From Minisyncoccota bacterium (GTDB lineage Bacteria > Patescibacteriota > Minisyncoccia > Phycocordibacterales > UBA12079): DNA of 64,000 bases. A model generated the notes under the pieces. It did not search any database. It was given only the letters and a program-made list of their open reading frames with translations, and was not told the DNA's origin. Both the position numbers and the translations under genes were made by a program. The stretch covers positions 96-64,095 of the forward strand of contig JAQTWD010000001.1 in NCBI GenBank assembly GCA_028689435.1, written 5' to 3'. Below are positions 8,597 through 17,187 of the stretch, one piece after another; position 1 is the first letter of the stretch, and each line of letters starts with the position of its first letter.

Positions 8597-9484
8597 CTAT
8601 AGGTTTTTCTCGGCCTCTATAAATTCATCTATCTCCCCATCATCCAATACTTTATCAACATCTCTCACCTCTACCCCAGTTCTATGATCCTTTACCTGTT
8701 TATAAGGATGCAATACATATGAACGGATTTGGCTTCCCCACTCATTTTCTACCGTCGCACTTATCTGCATTCCCTTTTCTTGCTTTAACCTGTCTTCTTC
8801 TTGTTTTTTGATCAATTTTGCTTCTATCATAGCAATCGCTTTCTCTCTATTTTGCATCTGAGACCTTTCTGATTCTACATGAACAGCAATGTTTGTTGGG
8901 ATGTGCACCACTCTAACAGCCGTTTCTCTTTTATTTACATTTTGTCCCCCAGGGCCCGATGATTTTGCAAATTCTATTTTCAAATCTTCCTCTGGAATAT
9001 TTATCTCACCCGCTTTTTCCAATTTTGGTATTACCTCTACCATAGAAAAAGAAGTATGTCTTTTTTGTTGAGCGTTGAAAGGAGAAATTCTCACGAGACG
9101 ATGCACTCCTGATTCATTTTTTAATTTTCCATATGCTCCGTTACCAATAACTTCAAAAGTAATATTTCTGTAACCGCCATGATCATTTTCATTTGAATGA
9201 ATTAGAAAAGTTTCCCAGTTTTTATTTTGAGAAAATTTTAAATACATATTATATAAAATTCTAGAAAAATCTTCCGAATCATCTCCGCCTGCTCCTGACA
9301 AAATAGTTACGACTGCATTTCCTTTATCATATTTTCCCACTCCTTCTAACTCATCTTTCAATTGATTAAATTCTTTTATAACCACCTGTGCAGTTTCTTT
9401 GTCGTTCCAAAAATCAGCACGGCTCATTTGTTTTTCCAGTGCTTCTATTTTTTTTAATATTTCATTTTTTTTATCCGTACTCAT
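8597..9484 (-). CDS. prfB: peptide chain release factor 2 (short form, no programmed frameshift seen)
   Basis: 295 aa. SPF tripeptide (RISPFNAQ), GGQ motif (SGPGGQNVNK), WGSQIRSYVLHPY. Confidence 0.85.
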   Translation of the reverse strand: MSTDKKNEILKKIEALEKQMSRADFWNDKETAQVVIKEFNQLKDELEGVGKYDKGNAVVTILSGAGGDDSEDFSRILYNMYLKFSQNKNWETFLIHSNENDHGGYRNITFEVIGNGAYGKLKNESGVHRLVRISPFNAQQKRHTSFSMVEVIPKLEKAGEINIPEEDLKIEFAKSSGPGGQNVNKRETAVRVVHIPTNIAVHVESERSQMQNREKAIAMIEAKLIKKQEEDRLKQEKGMQISATVENEWGSQIRSYVLHPYKQVKDHRTGVEVRDVDKVLDDGEIDEFIEAEKNL

Positions 9485-9485
9485 T

Positions 9486-9716
9486 TTAAATCAATGTAAA
9501 AGAATAGATTGCCAACAAAAGTGCTGTAGTAAAAAATATTGCTCCAACAAAACATTTTGATCTGAAAGGACTCGCTTTCAAACCAACAGAACATGTATCA
9601 CATCTTTTTATCAAAACTTGATAGAACTGATACCACGCATAAAGAGTACCCAAACTTAAAACTAATATTAAAATTTTTAATGTGATTATTAATTCCATAC
9701 GAATATTATAAATCAA
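9486..9716 (-). CDS. small membrane protein with Cys pairs
   Basis: 76 aa, two or three TM helices, CDTCS motif. Its stop abuts the prfB start. Confidence 0.5.
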   Translation of the reverse strand: MIYNIRMELIITLKILILVLSLGTLYAWYQFYQVLIKRCDTCSVGLKASPFRSKCFVGAIFFTTALLLAIYSFTLI

Positions 9717-9863
9717 AAAATTAATTTTAAAAAATACTAAATTCTAATACCTAAATCCTAAACAAATTCAAGTTTTTTAATTTCCAAAATTTAAAACCTT
9801 TGTATTTTAAATTTTTGATAATTTGTCATGTTGCTTGCTAAAGCAAGTTGTTTAGAATTTAGA

Positions 9864-9883
9864 CCTGCCTGCCGGCAGGCAGG
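9864..9883. repeat. 20-nt perfect palindrome CCTGCCTGCCGGCAGGCAGG
   Basis: Exact palindrome, one of at least 6 copies in the window. Confidence 0.8.
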
Positions 9884-9974
9884 CAGGGTTTAGTGCTTAG
9901 AGTTTTAATTAAAAAGGACATTTTCGTATAAGACATCTCAAAGACATCAAAAAGACAAAACTGGGGATAACCTA

Positions 9975-10001
9975 TTGACTTTTATATAAAAGTGCTATAA
10001 T
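9975..10001 (+). promoter_or_regulatory. sigma70-like promoter TTGACT-N15-TATAAT
   Basis: TTGACT at 9975-9980, TATAAT at 9996-10001. The spacer is short (15 nt). Confidence 0.45.
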
Positions 10002-10055
10002 TAGAATAGGAAAAGGGTGATTTGTCAATAATCTCTGTTTTTTGTGGAGGATATT

Positions 10056-10280
10056 ATGACGACCTGGGCACGTGAAGAAGCACTTGAGGCGTTGTACGAA
10101 GTCACTTCCTTCGCTTTCATGAGCAAGGAAGACCAGGAGAGGGCGATTGTTCATCAGATTGTTGTGATGAACGGGAGTCCTGCCCAAATGGAACGACTCC
10201 GTCAACAGGAAGCTCTGCGAGCAGACCATCTCGCCAATCAGTGTGGTGAACGATTGCTTCGTAGGTATTCAATCCATTAA
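10056..10280 (+). CDS. hypothetical protein (GC-rich cassette)
   Basis: ATG at 10056 preceded by GGAGG (5-nt spacer). 74 aa: MTTWAREEALEALYEV... Region clearly GC-richer than its flanks. Confidence 0.5.
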   Translation: MTTWAREEALEALYEVTSFAFMSKEDQERAIVHQIVVMNGSPAQMERLRQQEALRADHLANQCGERLLRRYSIH

Positions 10281-10316
10281 CCCAAAGGAGGTACGATGAC
10301 GTCCGTAGATATTTAA

Positions 10317-10352
10317 GACCCCGTTCGCACAAGCGACACGGGGTCTGTTTTT
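10317..10352. terminator. intrinsic terminator shared by convergent genes
   Basis: GACCCCG-loop-CGGGGTC followed by TGTTTTTATTTTTTT. Overlaps the murC stop. Confidence 0.75.
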
Positions 10353-11646
10353 ATTTTTTTGAAAGAATTTTTTCGCCTACTTTGTAAACATCTCCCGCCC
10401 CCATTGTAATGATGACATCTTCTGGTCCAAAAATATCCGAATTAAATTCATTCATGATTTGATCGTATTCTATATAATAAGTTTCTCTATTATTTTTCTT
10501 TATCTTACTTGCAAGCATTTTGGAATTTATTTCTTTGTCTTCTTCTTCTCTGGCTGCATAAATTGGCAAAACAATTACACGGTCAACATCATTAAAACTT
10601 TTCGCAAAATCTTCTAAAAATATTTTTGTTCTACTATATAGATGTGGTTGAAAGATAACTGTGATTTTTTTACCTCTAAAAAATTCTCGCGCACCCTTCA
10701 ATGTCACTTGTACCTCTGTCGGATTGTGAGCATAGTCATCGTAAATCAAAGCACCTTTTTTTGTTTTGCCCTTTAACTCAAACCTTCTCCACGTACCTTC
10801 AAAATTGTTTAAAGATTTTATTGCATCGCTGTGATTGATACCCAAAATATTCGCAACGGCTAGACAAGCAAAAGCATTTTTTATATTGTGTTCTCCTGGT
10901 ATTTTCAACTTTAAACCAATCGCTCCTTGTGTAGTATAATCGACAACTTTTGAAACAGCCTTAACCAAAGCAGGGGCAACCCTCTTGTCATTTGGATCAC
11001 AAACTATATAGTCCTTTTCCCCCATTTTTGCCATCAGTTCTTTAAATGCTTTTTGGATATCAAAAATATTTTTAAAATAATCTAGATGATCCAAATCTAT
11101 ATTTGTAATCACAAGAATATTTGGTTTTAACTCTAAAAAAGATCTTTTATATTCGCACGCTTCTGTTACAAAATATTTGCTGTTTCCATGTATAAAGTTT
11201 GTTTTTTCTTTTTTTAAAAGACTTCCAACAATAACGGTTGGATCAAAATATGAATCTCGCAATACATCTGCCAACATTGCGGTAGTGGTTGTTTTTCCAT
11301 GTGTTCCAGATACAGCAATCGTATATTTATTTTCTGAAACACTCCCAAGAGAACGCGGATAAGATATTGCAGGGATTCCAATTTTTTTTGCCTTTAACAA
11401 TTCGGGATTATCTTTTGGAACAGCCGGAGAAAAAATAACCAAATCTGTACCAGATTCTATATTTTCTTCGTCGTGTTGAAATTTTATTACAGCTCCAAAT
11501 TTTTTTAATTCAGATGTAATCTCTGATTCTGCCAAATTTGAACCAGTAACCTTTTTTCCTTCTTTCAAAGCCATCCTTGCCATAGCAGAAACACCGATAC
11601 CCCCGATACCGATAAAGTGTATTTTTCTGGCATTTTTGAATTTCAT
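10351..11646 (-). CDS. murC: UDP-N-acetylmuramate--L-alanine ligase
   Basis: 431 aa. IHFIGIGGIGVSAMA, GTHGKTTTT P-loop, Mur ligase middle and C-terminal domains. Confidence 0.9.
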   Translation of the reverse strand: MKFKNARKIHFIGIGGIGVSAMARMALKEGKKVTGSNLAESEITSELKKFGAVIKFQHDEENIESGTDLVIFSPAVPKDNPELLKAKKIGIPAISYPRSLGSVSENKYTIAVSGTHGKTTTTAMLADVLRDSYFDPTVIVGSLLKKEKTNFIHGNSKYFVTEACEYKRSFLELKPNILVITNIDLDHLDYFKNIFDIQKAFKELMAKMGEKDYIVCDPNDKRVAPALVKAVSKVVDYTTQGAIGLKLKIPGEHNIKNAFACLAVANILGINHSDAIKSLNNFEGTWRRFELKGKTKKGALIYDDYAHNPTEVQVTLKGAREFFRGKKITVIFQPHLYSRTKIFLEDFAKSFNDVDRVIVLPIYAAREEEDKEINSKMLASKIKKNNRETYYIEYDQIMNEFNSDIFGPEDVIITMGAGDVYKVGEKILSKK

Positions 11647-11940
11647 CCAGTTAGAAGTAGCGAAGCTACTTCTAACGGGACAAGTCCCTAAAAAGTAACT
11701 GCTAATTTAATTTAATAATCTATTTTCCCGCTATCTCTAACGGGATTCATAACAAAAGTATTATAGCACAAGCTTGTGAGTAATAAGTAGTAAGGTGTAA
11801 GGTGTAAGGAGTAAGAATTAATGTGTAAATAAAAAAGCGAACTGAGTAATGAGAGTATCCAATCATCTTGTGGATACATGCCGTCATAGAGAAAACGTCT
11901 CTCTGTTAGCACTTTTATCACATCATCAATTCGCTTTTTG

Positions 11941-12188
11941 TGCGAATGCCAGGACTCGAACTCTGAAACACTCCATCGTGTTTCAGCCCGTCATTATCAG
12001 ATTAAATAGTTCCCAAGAACTGTTTAATCGCTCTAACTTTTTAAAGATAAAATAATGTATTAAGTGCGAATGCCAGGACTCGAACCTGGGACCTCGTCAT
12101 TATCAGTGACGCGCTCTAACCACCTGAGCTACACTCGCACTTAATACACTATTTTATTTTTAAAAAGAGCCACCTGAGCTACACTCGC
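11941..12188 (-). pseudogene. outer tRNA-Ile-like gene split in its D-loop by a 133-nt cassette carrying the intact tRNA-Ile
   Basis: cgctctaa (12029-12036) plus ccacctgagctacactcgc (12170-12188) together reproduce the D-arm of the intact gene. The 3' part keeps CTGATAATGACG and GAGTTCGAGTCCTGGCATTCGCA. Unrelated hairpins replace the anticodon-stem and T-stem 5' strands. Confidence 0.7.
12065..12138 (-). tRNA. tRNA-Ile (anticodon GAU)
   Basis: Reverse complement reads GCGAGTGTAGCTCAGGTGGTTAGAGCGCGTCACTGATAATGACGAGGTCCCAGGTTCGAGTCCTGGCATTCGCA, a canonical cloverleaf. Confidence 0.9.
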
Positions 12189-12460
12189 ATTTATATTTGA
12201 TTTTACCACAAACTCTATATGACGAGGTCCCCGAGTCATTATTAGGTGAGACAGTCTGGGAGACTGTCGAACCGCTCTAACCACCTGAGCTACACTCGCA
12301 CTTAATACACTATTTTATTTTTAAAAAGAGCCACCTGAGCTACACTCGCATTTATATTTGATTTTACCACGAACTCTATATGACGAGGTCCCCGAGTCAT
12401 TATTAGGTGAGACAGTCTGGGAGACTGTCGAACCGCTCTAACCACCTGAGCTACACTCGC
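12139..12460 (-). repeat. 2 x 161-nt tandem repeat built from tRNA-Ile fragments
   Basis: Unit 12139-12299 repeats at 12300-12460 with one mismatch. Each unit holds two copies of the tRNA-Ile 5' segment (ccacctgagctacactcgc) and a degenerate tRNA-like body with hairpin GACAGTCTCCCAGACTGTC. Confidence 0.8.
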
Positions 12461-12475
12461 ATATTTTATTTTTAA

Positions 12476-12550
12476 CGATACCTGCGGATTGTCATTATTA
12501 GATGAATGCGCTGGAGCATTCATCGCTCTAATCATTTAATATACACTCGC
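12476..12550 (-). pseudogene. degenerate tRNA-Ile-like copy
   Basis: Reverse complement reads GCGAGTGTATATTAAATGATTAGAGCG + hairpin ATGAATGCTCCAGCGCATTCAT + CTAATAATGAC... Confidence 0.55.
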
Positions 12551-12600
12551 ATTTATGAATATATGAATAGAAGAATACCAAAATATTCGTTCTGTTGCAA

Positions 12601-12629
12601 TAAAAAACTCCCGCCATTGCTGACGGGAG
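12601..12629 (-). terminator. intrinsic terminator of 12635..13186
   Basis: Minus strand: CTCCCG-TCAGCAATGG-CGGGAG followed by TTTTTTA. Confidence 0.75.
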
Positions 12630-12634
12630 AATAT

Positions 12635-13186
12635 TCAATTTTTGAGGAAATCCTCCAAAGGCTTTGCCTCTTCGGGGGTACTTAGATCAAGACGAATCCG
12701 GTCTAAACAAAAGAATAAAAATTCCAGAGCTTGCCCGTGTTTTTTAAGCAAGCGGTTTTTCTTTAAAAGAATCCGAAGGACATCTTCTGAAACCATTTCT
12801 GCAAACTTTAAAGTCTTGCAAGGACGAGGGTCTCCCTCTTCCAGTTTTGCAAGATAAAAATTTGCCAAATGCTTTCCATCCTCAGATTCCGACTCCGCCG
12901 TAAAAAACGGAATATCACTCAATCTCTCAAAAGAAATTCCGCATACCTCCGAGAGTATTTTAATACCCGATAAACGGGAATTTTTTTGAATATCATCCGA
13001 AGAATCAATTGACCCTCCGGGAAATTTAACAAAAAAGTTTTCCCAACGAGAACCTCCCTCTTTTTTACTCGGGTCCTCCATAACAATTAAAATATCTATT
13101 CCCTTCTTGTTATTTTTTTGTAAGATTATGCCGAAGCCGGCATAACTTGTCCTGCCGGTCTCTCTTACTTTTACTTCGGCTTGCAT
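12635..13186 (-). CDS. Nudix-like hydrolase (degenerate Nudix box; tentative)
   Basis: 183 aa. FPGGSID...ILSEVCGI loosely fits GX5EX7REUXEEXGU. Own promoter, GGGGG upstream of the ATG, and terminator. Confidence 0.45.
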   Translation of the reverse strand: MQAEVKVRETGRTSYAGFGIILQKNNKKGIDILIVMEDPSKKEGGSRWENFFVKFPGGSIDSSDDIQKNSRLSGIKILSEVCGISFERLSDIPFFTAESESEDGKHLANFYLAKLEEGDPRPCKTLKFAEMVSEDVLRILLKKNRLLKKHGQALEFLFFCLDRIRLDLSTPEEAKPLEDFLKN

Positions 13187-13233
13187 ATTTACCCCCTATT
13201 TATGTATACAAAATGAACATTATTTCAAGCCAA

Positions 13234-13262
13234 ATAATATCTTAATTAACAAAATGTGTCAA
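13234..13262 (-). promoter_or_regulatory. sigma70-like promoter TTGACA-N17-TATTAT (minus strand)
   Basis: Reverse complement of tgtcaa at 13257-13262 and of ataata at 13234-13239. Confidence 0.55.
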
Positions 13263-13469
13263 TAATAAAAAGCCACCTCTTGGCGACTTCTTTTTTTGCA
13301 TTTAAACGACAATATAATCTTTCTTTTGTTTCGTTTCATTCCCTAGTAACGGACATCTAGGGATACCGAGTATAGATTTAGGGATACAATACTATTGTCC
13401 CTATCACTTAAGAAGTGATAATCAACCGATTAAGTCTGTTTCCTCGTAAGAAAACAAACAGTTCATTTT

Positions 13470-15062
<1,593 letters not shown>

Positions 15063-15336
15063 GTTTCCTAGTATACAGAATAAATCTGTTTAGAAAAAAT
15101 TGAAATGAAACGAAACAAGAGAAAAACTACATGTACTCCTCGCTTTGCTCGTCATAAATTATAAATTTAAAATTATAAATTATAAATTAATTTCGAACGA
15201 AATGAAAAATAAGTTTCTTTGTTCCGTTATTTTGGACTTGTCATTCTAAATGCATGATTTTGAATTTTTCTATAAATTCAAATTCTTATTCAATTATCAA
15301 AGTACATGCCTCGAAATCCGAAGCAGAATATCAATC

Positions 15337-15364
15337 ATTATATACATATAAATAAAAAAGGCAA
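15337..15364 (-). promoter_or_regulatory. candidate 16S promoter TTGCCT-N16-TATAAT
   Basis: Reverse complement of aggcaa at 15359-15364 and of attata at 15337-15342, in an AT-rich context. Confidence 0.35.
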
Positions 15365-15452
15365 GCCTTTTTTATCAATTTCTAATTCTCAATTTCCAAT
15401 TTCTAAAAACGACCTAAAAACAACGGCTTTTAGTCAAAAATTTGCCAATTTT

Positions 15453-15484
15453 AAAAGCAAAAAGGGGCGTCGCGCAAACGCCCC
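15453..15484 (-). terminator. intrinsic terminator
   Basis: Minus strand: GGGGCG-TTTGCGCGA-CGCCCC followed by TTTTTGCTTTT. Confidence 0.65.
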
Positions 15485-15660
15485 AAAGACACAAGTGCCG
15501 AAGGTGTAGCTCCACAGTGGGCGACCGTTCAAAAGGGACGGCTTAATCCTTCTCAAGTTCCTGCAGTTGATCTAAATTGTGAACCCCTTGAGATCCAATT
15601 TAGACAGGTCGTTGGCTGTCAGGAATTTTATCTTTCGACCTCCTATACAAAAACAGGGAA
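15485..15660 (-). ncRNA. candidate structured small RNA (unclassified)
   Basis: GC-rich island ending in the terminator at 15453-15484. It has interleaved complementary segments (15552-15561/15581-15592 and 15571-15579/15596-15604). No long ORF. Confidence 0.3.
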
Positions 15661-15724
15661 TTAAAAACACCTGTATCTATTTCAAATAATATTACAAAAA
15701 CTTATAAAATGAAACCCTAATGAA

Positions 15725-15760
15725 ATCTTAAAGTTTTCACGGTCGTGAAAACTTTAAGAT
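15725..15760. repeat. GACC-apex hairpin
   Basis: ATCTTAAAGTTTTCAC-GGTC-GTGAAAACTTTAAGAT. Confidence 0.7.
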
Positions 15761-15800
15761 GTTTATTTTTTATTTAGCTTTGAATTACAAAATGTGGATT

Positions 15801-15916
15801 CCTGCCTGCCGGCAGGCAGGGCTTCACTTCGTTCGTAAAGACGGTAGTGGGACGAACATCCGAAGATTGTTCGTCTTCGCGAGTGAAACGAAGCGACCTG
15901 CCTGCCGGCAGGCAGG
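15801..15916. repeat. two CCTGCCTGCCGGCAGGCAGG palindromes bracketing a CTCGCGAAGACG-type inverted repeat
   Basis: Exact 20-mers at 15801-15820 and 15897-15916. Between them, TTCGTTCGTAAAGACG...CGTCTTCGCGAGTGAAACGAAGCG. Confidence 0.75.
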
Positions 15917-15975
15917 TCCACGTCGTTCGTTCGCTTCGTTCCCGCCTTCGCTGAAACTATGGCAAGGCACGACGC

Positions 15976-16018
15976 AAAAACGAACAAGGAGGGAAATTTG
16001 CGAAGCAAATTTCCCTCC
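15976..16018 (-). terminator. intrinsic terminator downstream of secF
   Basis: Minus strand: GGAGGGAAATTTGC-TTCG-CAAATTTCCCTCC followed by TTGTTCGTTTTTG. Confidence 0.65.
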
Positions 16019-16070
16019 TAAATTCTAGTTTCTAAATTCTTCTTAATACTTACACCTTACTCCTTACACC

Positions 16071-16982
16071 TTATGCCTTACTACTAAACTTCTGCCAAGT
16101 AACCAACAAAGGAGATGCCAAAAAGATTGATGAATAAGTTCCAGCAATCACTCCGATTGAAAGTACTAAAGTAAAATGTTTTGTCGTCTCTCCCCCAAAG
16201 AAAAACAAAAATAGCAAGGCAATCAAAACAGTTAATGAAGTGTTGATTGATCTACCAAATGTTTGGCTCAAACTTTTTCCAACAATTTCCTCAAACGATT
16301 CTCCTTTGCTACTATTTTTCAAGTTCTCTCTTACTCTATCAAAAACAACAATCGTATCATTAACAGAAAATCCAAGAATTGCCAAAAGCGCGGTTACAAA
16401 CAAAATATCTATTTGATAATCAATAAACATACTGCCAAGCAACACGAAAACTCCGGTAGGAATAAGGATATCGTGAATCAATGCGAAAATAGCCACGGCT
16501 CCGTATTTCCAAGAAGAAACTCTTTCTTTTCCTAATTCTGAAACTTTTCTAAATGAAAAAGCGATAAAAAGAATAATTGCGATAACAACAAAAATCAAAG
16601 CCAAAACCGCTTTACTCTTTAATTCTTGACCAATAACAGGACCAATTGAATTAAATCTTTTTTCTTCAATTTGAATTGTGTTATCAAGAGATAGTGCATT
16701 CATAACAGAAACTCTTTCAGTTTCTGTAAGATTTTTTGTTCTCAAAATAACTCCATTTTCTCCAATATCTTGAATTGTATAATTCCCCAAATTCAAAGCA
16801 TTCAATTTTTCTTTTACAACATTTAAATCAGCTTTTTCTACTGGATAACCTATTTCGGTAATTGCTCCTCCTGTAAAATCTATCCCTAGATTAAAGCCGT
16901 AAAAAACAGAAGCAAAAATAGATGCTCCGACCAAGATTCCTGATATTGTGTAAAATATTTTTCTGTATTTAATTACAAACAT
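16071..16982 (-). CDS. secF: protein translocase subunit SecF
   Basis: 303 aa, SecD/SecF family, six TM helices, GIDFTGG and DTIVVFDRVRE motifs. Confidence 0.9.
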   Translation of the reverse strand: MFVIKYRKIFYTISGILVGASIFASVFYGFNLGIDFTGGAITEIGYPVEKADLNVVKEKLNALNLGNYTIQDIGENGVILRTKNLTETERVSVMNALSLDNTIQIEEKRFNSIGPVIGQELKSKAVLALIFVVIAIILFIAFSFRKVSELGKERVSSWKYGAVAIFALIHDILIPTGVFVLLGSMFIDYQIDILFVTALLAILGFSVNDTIVVFDRVRENLKNSSKGESFEEIVGKSLSQTFGRSINTSLTVLIALLFLFFFGGETTKHFTLVLSIGVIAGTYSSIFLASPLLVTWQKFSSKA

Positions 16983-17187
16983 GTTTCAAATTAAAAGTTT
17001 AAATCTCAAAGTGCAAAATGACAAATCAAAATTTAAAATTTATATAGATTAAAATAATAAAATAATGCTCACATCTTATATTAAATAAATTCTTAGGACA
17101 AGGTCTGTGAACGTTTTTTCTCTGTATTAATTCCGCGTTTATCCGCGTCAGTTCCGAGTAATTCTGCGATAAAATAAATCTCAAGAT

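Noticed and set aside
9972-10332. Minus-strand ORFs 9972..10229 and 10117..10332
   Set aside because: They are antisense to the plus-strand cassette, which has a promoter, GGAGG and a terminator. GC-rich sequence inflates ORF length.
12302-12535. 77-aa ORF on the minus strand
   Set aside because: It lies entirely within the tRNA-Ile-derived tandem repeats, so the reading frame is a by-product of repeated tRNA sequence.
13404-13425. GGUUGAUUAUCACUUCUUAAG downstream of 16S as a displaced or mutated anti-SD tail
   Set aside because: It lies about 60 nt beyond helix 45, carries UUCUU rather than CCUCC, and is half of a perfect hairpin (TCACTTAAGAAGTGA). It more likely belongs to the spacer and processing structure.
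15485-15660. Calling this segment tmRNA, RNase P RNA or 6S RNA
   Set aside because: There is no tRNA-like acceptor/T-arm, no tag ORF, no GAGGAAAGUCC-type P4 element, and the length and structure do not fit 6S.
15759-16028. ORFs 15759..16028 (+) and 15763..16008 (-); also 24219..24416 and 24244..24564
   Set aside because: They are composed of palindromic repeat families (CCTGCC palindromes, GGATTGCTTCG blocks). Mirror-image ORFs on both strands are typical repeat artefacts.
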